Positions 29,240 through 42,323 of a stretch of 64,000 bases of DNA are shown one piece after another. A program made the position numbers and the translations under genes. This DNA is from Pseudomonadota bacterium (GTDB taxonomy: Bacteria > Pseudomonadota > Gammaproteobacteria > JAKAQQ01), in contig DAHVLZ010000010.1 in the NCBI GenBank assembly GCA_027320085.1, forward strand, positions 32,001-96,000. The letters run 5' to 3'. The number at the start of each line of letters is the position of its first letter. The stretch's first letter is position 1. The notes below the pieces were generated by a model. It did not search any database. It was not told the origin of the DNA and saw only the letters and a list, made by a program, of their open reading frames with translations.

Positions 29240-29471
29240 GGCTTGGGAAACCTACCTCTTCTGGCAAACACAGGATAGAAAGACGCTTAAACGCATCAAT
29301 GATCTGATCCAAGCCGCCCTAAGAGATCCTTTCGGCGGCATGGGGAAACCCGAAGCACTCAAACACAGCCTGAGCGGATGCTGGTCACGGCGAATAGATG
29401 AAACCAACCGGCTCGTCTACGAAGTCCAAAATGATGAGTTGGTCATCATTTCGTGCCGGTATCGCTATTGA
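29214..29471 (+). CDS. yoeB: Txe/YoeB toxin
   Basis: GKPEALK...WSRRID...RLVY...SCRYRY. Confidence 0.93.
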   Translation: MRNLKFTDEAWETYLFWQTQDRKTLKRINDLIQAALRDPFGGMGKPEALKHSLSGCWSRRIDETNRLVYEVQNDELVIISCRYRY

Positions 29472-29546
29472 AATTAGAAGGGTAGAAGGGGAACTGGCCG
29501 CTCCCCCTTTTCCCCCGCACGGAATGCTTCAAGCAACTTTAAATTC

Positions 29547-29562
29547 TCACTCCCACTCGATC
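29547..29562 (-). repeat. att-like copy of the guaA 3' end
   Basis: ACTCCCACTCGATC (29549-29562) is identical to 32580-32593 (IEWE codons). Confidence 0.75.
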
Positions 29563-29563
29563 A

Positions 29564-30346
29564 TCAACGGCGACGATATGCCACTGAATCGCAAGGAAAA
29601 TCTCTAGCCCCTGGCGGGTTTACCCTGAACCTCCCCACGGCTAACGCCCATTGATCCGGCCAGGGCTCGAGATCGTCATCGAGAAATACACTGTTGCCTT
29701 GGTCACGCGGCACTTTTTGCAGCGGCAAGGCGATGAGGTTTCCGAACCCGCCTTGCGGCAGGAAGTCCTGGTTCGGGAAGAGGCGGTCGTAGGAATCCAG
29801 TCCGACGTCCGGCCTGCGTTCCATGGTCTCTGTCAGCAGAGAGGAACCGAGCCGTCTGGCCATTGCCGCTGGTCTCGCCCCCTCGAAAAACAGCCAGACA
29901 TGTCCGCCCCGCCCGGAGCGCGACCGCTCGAACGCAGCCGGCAGGTGCATGCGGCAGCAGGTTTCGAGAAAGGCTTTCGCGTCTTCGCTCCACTCGACCT
30001 TGTCAAAGTCGACCGCCCGAAAGGCGCAGGTTTCGTCCTGGAACAGCGGGTAGCCCCCGGCGACGAAGGGTTCGCCATCAGGGTCGCAACCGGACAGGTG
30101 CCAACGGATGACGTCGTCGGTCAGCGGAAGAAATCGGCGGTGGGGACAGTCCGCGCATTTGACACGCGGCTTTTCGCAGACCCCGCGTACCCATTCGTTG
30201 GCACAAACGGGGGCGTAGCCCGACTTGCCGGTCCTCCTGCTTTCAAATCGCCTCGCGTACACGTCGGCGCGGACGCGGAACAACGGACGAAAGAGCGCGA
30301 TCTTGGCCGCCGGCAATGAAGTTCGGTCGACCATGCTGGACTTCAT
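29564..30346 (-). pseudogene. Truncated AEP primase-like domain (TOTE-type primase-helicase N-terminus)
   Basis: DVYARR, Cys cluster, VDFDK, ERSRSG.GGHVW, DRLFPNQD, GNLIALP; homology ends at DQW and the helicase part is missing. Confidence 0.75.
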
Positions 30347-30352
30347 TGTTCA

Positions 30353-31307
30353 CTAACTTCCCGGCACCGGCGGTTCGCCAGCGCCAGACGCCGGGGTGGC
30401 AAACCTCGCGGCCAGCGCATCGGTCTGCTCCGCGAACCTCTTCGCATCGGTCTTCTGCAACTGCGCCAGATTGTGCAACTTCCAGCGGATGCCCGGCAGT
30501 TGTTCAAGGTGCGCGATGTCCAGCAGCGACCAGTCCGGCGTGCCGGCTGCCAGCGACAGCAGGAAACGCCGCTCCTTGTCGTCCAGTCCCAGTTCGATTT
30601 CGCGCACCACTCGCTCTCGCGCTGCGAGCAGTGCATCGAGCGGCACCGGCTCGGCCGTCATGCCCTGGAAATTGTTCTCGTAGTCGTGCCGAATATCCCG
30701 CAGGGGCGGGAACAGCAACTCGTGGATTGGCCGGTTGCTGCAGGCCAAATAGACCACGAAAGCGCGGCGGATTCCGGGCGTGATGCCCTCGTTCGCAAAG
30801 AGCTGCATCACGTCGAACAAGTCGCGTGGGTGTTGCCGATCCAGCGCCGCCACCAGCTTGCCGCCGTACGCGTCTTCCAGTGACACGACCGGGATTTCCA
30901 TATCGGCCATCAACACATCGCGGGCGGCGGGCGTAAGCGAAGCGCGCCGCACCGGTTGCACCGTTCCGCGCATGACGAAGTTGACTCCGGTCTTGATCTG
31001 GATCGAGCCACGGCGCACCAGCAACTTCGTCTCCCCCTTCTGCCGCCGCCGGAACATGCGTCTGGAATCCTCGCTTCCGCAACCGGACAGCGGCTTGCCG
31101 GATGGCATCGCCGATGATTGCGAGAGCCTCGTTACGCGGCCGCCGGTGGTCGGAAAAGACCAGATCGAGATCGACCGACAGGCGCGGCATGTCGCGCACG
31201 AACAGATTGATCGCCGTACCACCCTTCAATGCGAAGGTGCCGTCCACGAACACCAGCGGCGCCACCTGCGTCAGCAGACGCGCGGTATCAAGATAAGTCT
31301 GGTTCAT
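30353..31307 (-). pseudogene. abiEii: AbiEii nucleotidyltransferase toxin, frameshifted near 31040
   Basis: LKGGTAIN...RLSVDLD in one frame; GETKL...GKLVAALDRQHPRDLFD in another. Confidence 0.88.
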
Positions 31308-32041
31308 GGCTTGAGCACGAGCAGACCGTCGGCCGACCGGGACACCCAGGGTCGGTTGCTGCCCTTCGGCAGCGTGCCTGGATCGAGCTTGGCCGCCCAT
31401 GGCGACGAGGCCTCCCGGCCAAGTTGCAGGCACAGCCGCACGGTCTTGACGCTTGAGCAGTGCTGCAACAGCTCGCGCAGCACATCGGCGCGGAGGTTGT
31501 AGGTGCTTTCGATGATTTCGCGAGCTTCCTGCAAGGGCTGGCGCACGCCGACTTCGCTCAACAGTTCCAGCAATGCACGCTCCGGCGCCGACACCTGCGG
31601 CGCCCCGCTGCGCTTCTCGAAAGGGCCGACGTGCAGCAGGGCGTCCGGCTGCTCGTCAAACAGGCGCTTGCGGTGGTATTCGGCCGGAAAGCGTTGGGTG
31701 AACCATTCCGGCAGGCGGGCCGCCTTCCAGCCGTACAGTTGCAGCACGGGATGCTGCGACACGTACTGGCGCACGCCGTACCAGTCGAGGGCCGACTTGC
31801 CGCCGACGTGCATCCCTTGGATTCCGCGCTGCAACTGCAGCAGGCTGGGATGCAGGGCCGGGGCGTCATTCGGGCGGCCATACACCCCCCGGGACAGGCG
31901 CATGAGCCAACCCGCCCGGACGTAGTGGACGGCCAAGTCTGCGGAGATGCCGAGCGCCGCCAGGTCCTCTGAGGTCAGCGGTGTTCCCGGCGCCAGCCGA
32001 GTGTAGAGCGCATTTAGCTTACTTGTAGAAGTCGTAGCCAT
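31304..32041 (-). CDS. abiEi: AbiEi antitoxin
   Basis: GWLMRLSRGVY, HVGGKSAL, SAPERALLE, SVKTVRL; ATGA overlap with abiEii. Confidence 0.92.
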   Translation of the reverse strand: MATTSTSKLNALYTRLAPGTPLTSEDLAALGISADLAVHYVRAGWLMRLSRGVYGRPNDAPALHPSLLQLQRGIQGMHVGGKSALDWYGVRQYVSQHPVLQLYGWKAARLPEWFTQRFPAEYHRKRLFDEQPDALLHVGPFEKRSGAPQVSAPERALLELLSEVGVRQPLQEAREIIESTYNLRADVLRELLQHCSSVKTVRLCLQLGREASSPWAAKLDPGTLPKGSNRPWVSRSADGLLVLKP

Positions 32042-32077
32042 GTTACGACTTCTACAACATTTTCAAGAGAAAGTCAA
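32023..32077 (-). promoter_or_regulatory. abiE promoter/operator spanning the start codon
   Basis: Perfect IR TTGTAGAAGTCGTA-N7-TACGACTTCTACAA (32023-32057); TTGACT-N17-TAGAAG-N7-ATG on the minus strand. Confidence 0.65.
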
Positions 32078-32146
32078 TTTAATATAGTTGCATCAATCGT
32101 AGCATCACTACGCTAGCTGAAACCGTTCTAAATACTCTCCCGCTCG

Positions 32147-32486
32147 ATGATCAATGGTCTCTGGAACGCATTGATATACAGAGTACGGGCCAGGGGAGAA
32201 CATCCATTTCTCGTGATCAAGCGGATCTTCGGCTTCACGAAGACCCGCTATCGGGGGCTTGACAAGAATGCCCACCGGCTGTTTGTGGCCTGTGCGCTGG
32301 CCCATCTCTTCAGGGTGAGGAGAAGGTTGTTGCGGCTGCAAGGGGCGTAGTCTGCCCACGGTCTGCCCCATCCGCCCGACAAGGGGGATGCGGCGGAGGA
32401 AAACCGGCAAGCAACCGGCCCCTTCGGGCAATCCGTGCGTATGAATCCGGTTCGACGTCATCTCATCACGATTGATCAGGCTTTCC
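32147..32486 (+). mobile_element. IS5-family 3' remnant (transposase C-terminus and right end)
   Basis: RARGEHPFLVIKRIFGFTKTRYRGLDKN; terminal ATTGATCAGGCTTTCC. Confidence 0.85.
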
Positions 32487-32577
32487 TTGGCGGATAAAAT
32501 ATCCGGGCGCCCCTTGCAATCAACGCGTGGGACCCGATTTCCGATAGATCGCGATGCGCTGCGATAGACCTCGAAAC

Positions 32578-35717
<3,140 letters not shown>

Positions 35718-35730
35718 CTATCATGGGCCC

Positions 35731-37119
35731 ATGCAGCAATCCATCCCGGGACCTCCCGCCGGAGCCCGCCGGGAGGGCGAGCCCCTCACGGTCTCCGAAC
35801 TCTTGAAGCGCGTCCAGCACCTTTTGGCCGAGGAGCTGCCCGCCGTTCTGGTCACGGGCGAGATCTCCGACCTGCGCCCTTCGGCGGCCGGCCACCTCTA
35901 CTTCAACCTCAAGGATTCCCGGGCCTCACTGCACGCCGTCCTCTTCGAGCGGGAGGCCCGCCGGCTGACCTTCCCACCCGCCAATGGACAGGCCGTTCTC
36001 GCCTTCGGCCGCATCGGACTGTACGCCGCGCGCGGCGATTTCCAGATCATCGTGGAAAGCCTGGAGGAGGCCGGGGAAGGCAGCCTGCGCCGCGACTATG
36101 AACGGCTCAAGACCCGCCTCGCCGCCGAGGGACTCTTCGACCCGAGCCGGAAACGGCCCCTCCCCGCCCTTCCGCGACGCATCGGCATCGTGACCTCCCC
36201 AAACGGAGCCGCCCTGCGCGACGTCCTCAAGGTCCTGGCGCGTCGCATGCCGCTCATCCCCCTCCGCATCGCCGCGGCACAGGTCCAGGGAGAGGGCGCG
36301 GAGGTGACCCTGGTCCAGGCGCTCGAGGCGATCACGCAAAGCGGCGGGGTCGACGTCGTGATCGTGACCCGGGGTGGCGGTTCCCTGAAAGACCTCGCGC
36401 CGTTCAACACCGAAGCCCTGGCCCGGGCCATCCGCGCCGCGCCGGTTCCGGTCGTGACCGGCATCGGTCACGAAACCGATCTCACCCTCTCCGATCTCGC
36501 CGCCGACCTGAACGGCATCACACCGAGCGGCGCTGCCGAACGGGTGAGCCCCGATGCGGCGGAGCTCGCCCAAAGGCTTTCCGATCTCGGCCGAAGGCTC
36601 GGACACCACCATCCGGGATACACGGTGGCCGAGCTGGCCCAGCGCCTCGATGAAACGGCATCCCGGCTCGATCGCGCGCTCGGGGGACTCTGGAGACGGT
36701 CCCGGGAACGCCTCGCGGTCCTGCGCGCCGAGCTCAGGACGACCGATCCCGGGATCCGCCTGGACGGCATCGGCCGCGAACTCCTCCACTGGCGGGCGCG
36801 ACTCGCGGCAACCCACCCGCTCGGCCCGGCCGAAAGCGCCCTCGACACGCTCGCCCGGCGTCTCACCTCCCCGCTCGTCGCGTCCCTCGACAAAGCCCGT
36901 CACCGACTCGAACTGGATCAACGGAGCCTCACGGCCCTGGATCCGCGCGGAGCCCTCCGGCGGGGGTTTGCCCTGGTCGAAAACACCCGGGGCGGGCTCG
37001 TGACGGGCCCGGCGGGCCTTTCGCCCGGAGACCGGCTCGCGATCATCTGGCAGGAGGGCTCAGCCTGGACGCGGATCGAGGCCCTCGACCACACGGACCC
37101 CACCCGTGACCCCGACTAG
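35731..37119 (+). CDS. xseA: Exodeoxyribonuclease VII large subunit
   Basis: GEIS..GHLYFNLKD, RGGGS, GIGHETD; divergent from guaB. Confidence 0.96.
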   Translation: MQQSIPGPPAGARREGEPLTVSELLKRVQHLLAEELPAVLVTGEISDLRPSAAGHLYFNLKDSRASLHAVLFEREARRLTFPPANGQAVLAFGRIGLYAARGDFQIIVESLEEAGEGSLRRDYERLKTRLAAEGLFDPSRKRPLPALPRRIGIVTSPNGAALRDVLKVLARRMPLIPLRIAAAQVQGEGAEVTLVQALEAITQSGGVDVVIVTRGGGSLKDLAPFNTEALARAIRAAPVPVVTGIGHETDLTLSDLAADLNGITPSGAAERVSPDAAELAQRLSDLGRRLGHHHPGYTVAELAQRLDETASRLDRALGGLWRRSRERLAVLRAELRTTDPGIRLDGIGRELLHWRARLAATHPLGPAESALDTLARRLTSPLVASLDKARHRLELDQRSLTALDPRGALRRGFALVENTRGGLVTGPAGLSPGDRLAIIWQEGSAWTRIEALDHTDPTRDPD

Positions 37120-38614
37120 ACGCGGGATCCTGGCCCTTCTCCTCCTGGCCTGGGTGGTCCCCACCGCCTGGGCGGAAAAACCCGCCGGGCCTGCCGCGAC
37201 CGCCATCCTCCGTGCGCTTTCCGCCCGCGGACTGGCCGTGAGTGCGGAGGTCGTGACGCTCGGTCGCCGAAAGCGGATCCTCGCCCGTTTCCAGGCGGAC
37301 CGCCCGCTCATCCCGGCCTCGCTCTCCAAGCTCTTTGTCGCCGCCCGCGCGCTCCGCCTCTGGGGCGGCCGGCACCGTTTCACCCTCCGCGTCGAAACGA
37401 CCGGTCCCCTCGTTGGCGGTCGGCTCGAGGGCCCGCTCATTCTCGTCGATGACGGGGATCCCGGGCTTGTTCACGGCTTCATGGGGGCCACCGCCTGGGA
37501 GGCACGGGCGCTCGGGCTGACGGACGTCCGGGGAGGGCTCGTCCTCGTGGCAGCCGGCGACATCCGTCCCCCCTGCCGGCTCATCGACCGCTGCCGGGCC
37601 AGACGGGAGAGTCGCCATGCCTACGCAGCCCAACCCACCGCGCTCGCGGCCGACTATGGCACCCTCGACCTCATCGTCGCCCCCGGCCCCACCCCGGGCG
37701 CACCGGCCCGGGTCGCCTTCCTGCCCTTTCCGCCTGGCGGGATCCGGCTCGAGAATGGGGTGACCACCACGCCCCGGGGCGCGGGGCGCGGGCTCGCGGT
37801 CCGCCAGCGCCTGCGCAACGGCCGCGAATTCGTCCGTGTGGAAGGCAGTCTCGCGATCGGTCACCGCCCCATCCGGCTCTATGTGGCCGCCGCCCATCCC
37901 GACGAGCTCGCGGGATCGCTCTGGGCCGGGGCCTTCAGCCGTGCCGGGATCCGGATCCGGGGCCCCGTCCGCATCCAGCATCACCCTCCCCCGGGATCGA
38001 GGACCTGGTTCGTCAAACGAAGCGTGACGCTCGCGACCCTGATCAGCCGCATGCTGGCCTACAGCAACAACTTCATCGCCGACGATCTCACTTTCGATCT
38101 CGCCCGCTCCAATGGGGCCGGCCGTGAGGGGCGGACCCTGCCCGCGGCTGCTCGCGCGCTGGCGCTCTCCCTGCACCCCTGGCTGACTCGCTGGGGCGCC
38201 CGGGGAACCCTGCGTCTCGAAAGCGGCAGCGGGCTCAGCCGGCGCAACCGGAGTTCCGCTGCCGATCTCGTGGCTGTCCTGGCCGGCATGGCGGCCGACG
38301 ACCGGGATTTTCCGGCCTTCTGGGCCGGGCTGCCGCCCGCCGGGGAATCCCCCCTGGCCTTCCTCACGGTGGGCAATCGGCGCTGGCGCCGGTGTTTCTT
38401 CGTGAAAAGCGGGACCCTCGACGATCCGGTGGGCGCACTCGGTCTGGCCGGTTACTTCCGGCGGGCGGACGGCGGGATCGGGGCCTTTGCCGTGCTCGTG
38501 AACGGAACCTCCGCCCATCCCGGGCTGTCCGTGGCACCGACCCTGGCCGCGCTCCGCCGCTTCCTCACCCCGTTCTCGGGAGCCGGCCTCAGCGCAAGAA
38601 CAGGCTGTAGGTGA
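37106..38614 (+). CDS. dacB: D-Ala-D-Ala carboxypeptidase/endopeptidase (peptidase S13)
   Basis: Signal peptide; SLSK, SNN and KSGT motifs. Confidence 0.85.
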   Translation: MTPTRRGILALLLLAWVVPTAWAEKPAGPAATAILRALSARGLAVSAEVVTLGRRKRILARFQADRPLIPASLSKLFVAARALRLWGGRHRFTLRVETTGPLVGGRLEGPLILVDDGDPGLVHGFMGATAWEARALGLTDVRGGLVLVAAGDIRPPCRLIDRCRARRESRHAYAAQPTALAADYGTLDLIVAPGPTPGAPARVAFLPFPPGGIRLENGVTTTPRGAGRGLAVRQRLRNGREFVRVEGSLAIGHRPIRLYVAAAHPDELAGSLWAGAFSRAGIRIRGPVRIQHHPPPGSRTWFVKRSVTLATLISRMLAYSNNFIADDLTFDLARSNGAGREGRTLPAAARALALSLHPWLTRWGARGTLRLESGSGLSRRNRSSAADLVAVLAGMAADDRDFPAFWAGLPPAGESPLAFLTVGNRRWRRCFFVKSGTLDDPVGALGLAGYFRRADGGIGAFAVLVNGTSAHPGLSVAPTLAALRRFLTPFSGAGLSARTGCR

Positions 38615-39011
38615 GCACGGCCCCGACAAAGGCAGTGAAGGCCGTGTATTTCCAATTGCGTTCTTCCACCGCAAAAAACACCATGGAGCTCACGACCCGG
38701 ATGTAGGGCGTAAAGAGCAGGCTCGCGATCCCGAGATCGATGAAGACCCGGGGATCCCACCCGGCCGGGTGGAACAGTGATCCCAGATCGTGGATCAGGA
38801 AGTCGAAGTAGTTCATCCCGGCGATGAGATAGTTGAGATGGAGCGAACCCGTCAACGCGTACTGCCAGATGAGCCCGATGACGAGGAACGCGATACTGAC
38901 CAGGACGCCGGCCAGGAGGATGTAGCCCACGAGGAGCTCCATGTCGTGCTCGAGCCGGGCCTCCCGCCGGGCGGCATCGGTGGCATCGGGGTTGGACGGG
39001 ATGCGGTTCAT
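38589..39011 (-). CDS. DUF1634-like membrane protein
   Basis: 3 TM, TPYIRV, KYTAFT; usual partner of TauE-family genes. Confidence 0.8.
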   Translation of the reverse strand: MNRIPSNPDATDAARREARLEHDMELLVGYILLAGVLVSIAFLVIGLIWQYALTGSLHLNYLIAGMNYFDFLIHDLGSLFHPAGWDPRVFIDLGIASLLFTPYIRVVSSMVFFAVEERNWKYTAFTAFVGAVLTYSLFLR

Positions 39012-39021
39012 GCGGGTCTCC

Positions 39022-39870
39022 CTAGATGCCGTGGCCAAAAACACCGAGCCCGCGCAGGATCATCTCGACCCCAAGCAGGAGGAGGACCACGAGGAAAAAC
39101 TGGCGGATGGAATGGTTGCTCAACCGCTTGAGCAGGCGGGTGCCGATGAACGCCCCGGCCACGACGCCGATGATGACCGGTGCCGCGAGTCCCGGATCGA
39201 CGTAGCCGGCCGCGATGTAGATGCTGGTGCCGGCCAATGCGGTGACGCCGATGATGAGGTTGCTGGTCGTGGTCGAGACCTTGGGGGGCAACCCCATGGC
39301 GAGGTCGAGGATGAGCACCTTGAGCGCCCCGGCCCCGATCCCGAGCAGACCGGCGATGAAACCCGCGCCGAACATGCAGGGGCCACCCAGCCAGCCCCGC
39401 CGACCCTCGTAATCGATCTGCCGCCCTTCCGCATGGTCGTAGTAACCGCCCCGGAGCTCCAGCCAATGCGTGATCGGATCGGCGGGCCGGAGGTAGTCCT
39501 CATGCTTCACCTTGCGCACAAAGAGCGTCCCCCATGACAGGAGCAGGACGGCGCCGAAGGCGATGAAGAGGGGCTGGTCGGACGAGGCCAGGGTCACGGT
39601 CGCCCCGACGATGGCACCCAGGATGGTGAACATCTCGAGGAACATGCCGATCTTGAGGTTGGTGACACCGTCACGGACGTAGGCGGAAGCCGCCCCGCTC
39701 GAGGTGGCGATCACGGAGACGATGCTGATGGCGATCGCATGCTTGATGCCCACCCCGAACAGCGTGAGCGCCGGAATCAGGACGATGCCCCCGCCCATGC
39801 CGCTCATGGCCCCGATGAACCCGGCCACGATCGAGACCACAAACAGGATGCCGGGTGAGGTGATACTCAT
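39022..39870 (-). CDS. TauE/SafE sulfite exporter family
   Basis: GMGGG, ATSSGA, GLLGIGAG, TTTSN. Confidence 0.9.
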   Translation of the reverse strand: MSITSPGILFVVSIVAGFIGAMSGMGGGIVLIPALTLFGVGIKHAIAISIVSVIATSSGAASAYVRDGVTNLKIGMFLEMFTILGAIVGATVTLASSDQPLFIAFGAVLLLSWGTLFVRKVKHEDYLRPADPITHWLELRGGYYDHAEGRQIDYEGRRGWLGGPCMFGAGFIAGLLGIGAGALKVLILDLAMGLPPKVSTTTSNLIIGVTALAGTSIYIAAGYVDPGLAAPVIIGVVAGAFIGTRLLKRLSNHSIRQFFLVVLLLLGVEMILRGLGVFGHGI

Positions 39871-40959
39871 TCAGAACTCCAGGAATTTTCGCAATGGTTC
39901 TTCAAAGCGGATCCAGTCGACCAGAAATGCATCATGGCCCGAAGGCGAATCGATGATCCGGAGATCGACCGGCACGCCCGCCCGCTCGAACCCCCGGGCC
40001 AAAGACTCCTGCTGGTGGCTCGGATAGAGCAAATCCGTCGTCACGCCGGCCACGAGAACGGCCTCCAGACCGGCTCCCGCCAGTGCCCGTTCGAGGTCAC
40101 CGCCGCCGTAGTCGGCCGCATCGAACTCGTCCATCGCGCAAGACAGGCGGAGGTAGGACACGGGATCAAAACGTTCGGCGAAATCGCGGGCACGCGACTC
40201 CAGGTACCATTCTACCGCAAACGGCGGCCGTGATCCGTCCGGAAGACCGGCCTTCGCGGCCGGATCCGTCTCGCGGCGCCGGCCAAAGCGCGTGCGCCAT
40301 TCCACCGGCGAGCGGTAGGAGACGAGTCCGAGCTTGCGCGCGAGACGCATGCCGGTCCGGACCCCTCCCGCACCCTGGGCGAGATGGCTCGCGAGGATCT
40401 CGCGCTGAAGCGAGCGGATGGCCACGGCAAACGGTTCCGCCGCCGCGGCCGCCGAGATCACGGCCAGGCGGCCGACCGCCCGGTGCCCGCGCAGGGCCAG
40501 GGCCAGGGCCACAAGTCCGCCCAAGGACGGCCCGACCACGGCGTCGATCCGCCCGATGCCGAGTCCCCCGAGCGCCCGGTGGATGGCGAGGGCGATATCC
40601 TCGATCGCAATCCCGGGAAAACGGGAGCCGTAAGCGTCACCGGTCAGGGGATCGATCGAGGCGGGCCCGGTCGAACCGAAGCATCCGCCCAGGGGGTTGA
40701 AACAGAAGATCCGGAACCGGTCCGTGTCCAGGGCCCGACCCGGGCCGATGAGCGGCTCCCACCAGCCCGGGCGGGGATCCGCCGGACCCGAGGCGGCATG
40801 CGCCGATGGGGAGAGTCCCGTGCAGAGCACAAGCACCGGTCGGGACGGAGGCCCCCAGGTCTCGTAGGCCAGGGTCACCGCCGGCAGATCAAAGCCGCCC
40901 TTGAGCGGGAAAGGTCCCGGCAGGGCCAGGCTGCGCCGCGCCGGATCCACTCCGGTCAC
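39871..40959 (-). CDS. metX: MetX-family O-acyltransferase (homoserine or serine)
   Basis: AYETWG, TGLSPSAH, GSTGP, GPSLGG, GHDAFL; GTGA overlap with der. Confidence 0.85.
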   Translation of the reverse strand: MTGVDPARRSLALPGPFPLKGGFDLPAVTLAYETWGPPSRPVLVLCTGLSPSAHAASGPADPRPGWWEPLIGPGRALDTDRFRIFCFNPLGGCFGSTGPASIDPLTGDAYGSRFPGIAIEDIALAIHRALGGLGIGRIDAVVGPSLGGLVALALALRGHRAVGRLAVISAAAAAEPFAVAIRSLQREILASHLAQGAGGVRTGMRLARKLGLVSYRSPVEWRTRFGRRRETDPAAKAGLPDGSRPPFAVEWYLESRARDFAERFDPVSYLRLSCAMDEFDAADYGGGDLERALAGAGLEAVLVAGVTTDLLYPSHQQESLARGFERAGVPVDLRIIDSPSGHDAFLVDWIRFEEPLRKFLEF

Positions 40960-42311
40960 GACATCCGGCCGCGGGAGAGGGAAGAGGCACCCGACCGCCA
41001 CCGGTGATGATCCGGGCTGTCCCGGAACTCGAGGCGGAGCGGGATCCCGCCCAGACCGAAGTGATCGGAAAGCTGGCGGGTCAAGTAGCGCCGGTAATCG
41101 GCGCTCAGGAGCTCGAGACGGCTCCCATGGATGATGAGCAGGGGAGGATTGCGTCCGCCCTGGTGACCGTAGCGGAGCTTGGGCCGGATCCGTTCGACGA
41201 GCGCGGGCGGATGGGCGCGAACGGCGGCCGTGAGTACCCGGTTGACCCGCGGGGTGGCCAGATCGGCCTGGGCCCGTTCGAGCCGGTCGTTCCAGGCGGC
41301 CACGAGTTCTCCCAGTCCCGATCCGTGAAGGGCCGAGACCGGCACGGGCTCGGCTTGGGGAAGGAAGGACAGGAGATGGGCCAGCTGGCTCCGCGCCCGG
41401 GTCTTCTGGTGACGCTCGAGCCCATCCCACTTGTTCAGGGCGATGACGAGGGGCCGGCCCGCCTCGTGGACCGCCGCCGCCAGACGGGCGTCATCCTCCG
41501 TGGGACCGGCTGCGGCATCGATCAAGAGCGTGACCAGGCTCGCCCGGCTGATCGTGGCCAGGCTGCGGGCGATCGCGAGCTGGTCACGCGGGTCGAGCCG
41601 GCGGGTCCGGCTGCGGATGCCGGCCGTATCGATGAGGATCCAGGTTCGTCCCATCCGTTCGATCGCAACCTCGATGGCATCGCGCGTCGTACCGGGTGTG
41701 GGGGAGGTCAAAACCCGGGCCTCACCGACCAGCTGGTTCAGGAGCGTGGACTTGCCGGCATTGGGGCGGCCGATCAGGGCCACGCGGGGCAGCGGCCCGG
41801 GCCCGGGGGAGGTGGTGATGGCCGGGAAGCGTTCCCGGAGCCCTGAGGCCAGTCCGGCCAGTCCATCCCCGTACAGGGCCGAAATCCACGACGGGAGTCC
41901 CCAACCCAGCCGGGTCAGGTCGAAATCACGCTCGGCCAGGGTCCGTCCCTCGGCCTTGTTGGCCACGAGAAGAACCGGTTTGCCGAAACTCCTGAGCCAC
42001 TCCGACAGATTGAGATCCTCGGCCAGGAGGCCTTCCACGGCCGAGACCAGCCAGAGCACGCCGTCGGATTCGCGGACGGCGGTCTCCGCCTGCTGGCGGA
42101 GCGCCCCGTCAAACGGGGTCGGTGTGCCGACGGCAATACCGGCCGTATCGATGAAGACATGACCGGCAAAGGCTCCGCGTCCGCTTCCGACCAGACGGTC
42201 ACGCGTACAGTGCGGCTCTTCCGAAACCAGAGCCTGACGGGACCGCACCAGTCGGTTGAAGAGTGTGGACTTCCCCACATTGGTGCGGCCAACCAAGGCA
42301 AGCAGGGCCAT
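40956..42311 (-). CDS. der: Ribosome biogenesis GTPase Der
   Basis: Two G domains (GRTNVGKS, GRPNAGKS) and a KH-like tail. Confidence 0.96.
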   Translation of the reverse strand: MALLALVGRTNVGKSTLFNRLVRSRQALVSEEPHCTRDRLVGSGRGAFAGHVFIDTAGIAVGTPTPFDGALRQQAETAVRESDGVLWLVSAVEGLLAEDLNLSEWLRSFGKPVLLVANKAEGRTLAERDFDLTRLGWGLPSWISALYGDGLAGLASGLRERFPAITTSPGPGPLPRVALIGRPNAGKSTLLNQLVGEARVLTSPTPGTTRDAIEVAIERMGRTWILIDTAGIRSRTRRLDPRDQLAIARSLATISRASLVTLLIDAAAGPTEDDARLAAAVHEAGRPLVIALNKWDGLERHQKTRARSQLAHLLSFLPQAEPVPVSALHGSGLGELVAAWNDRLERAQADLATPRVNRVLTAAVRAHPPALVERIRPKLRYGHQGGRNPPLLIIHGSRLELLSADYRRYLTRQLSDHFGLGGIPLRLEFRDSPDHHRWRSGASSLSRGRMS

Positions 42312-42323
42312 CCGGTGCTCCGC

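Larger units (their letters stand above)
26600..32577. mobile_element. Decayed island between guaA and tadA (left boundary approximate)
   Basis: Duplicated guaA 3' end at 29549-29562; TA genes, IS5 remnants, lower GC; no integrase remains. Confidence 0.7.
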
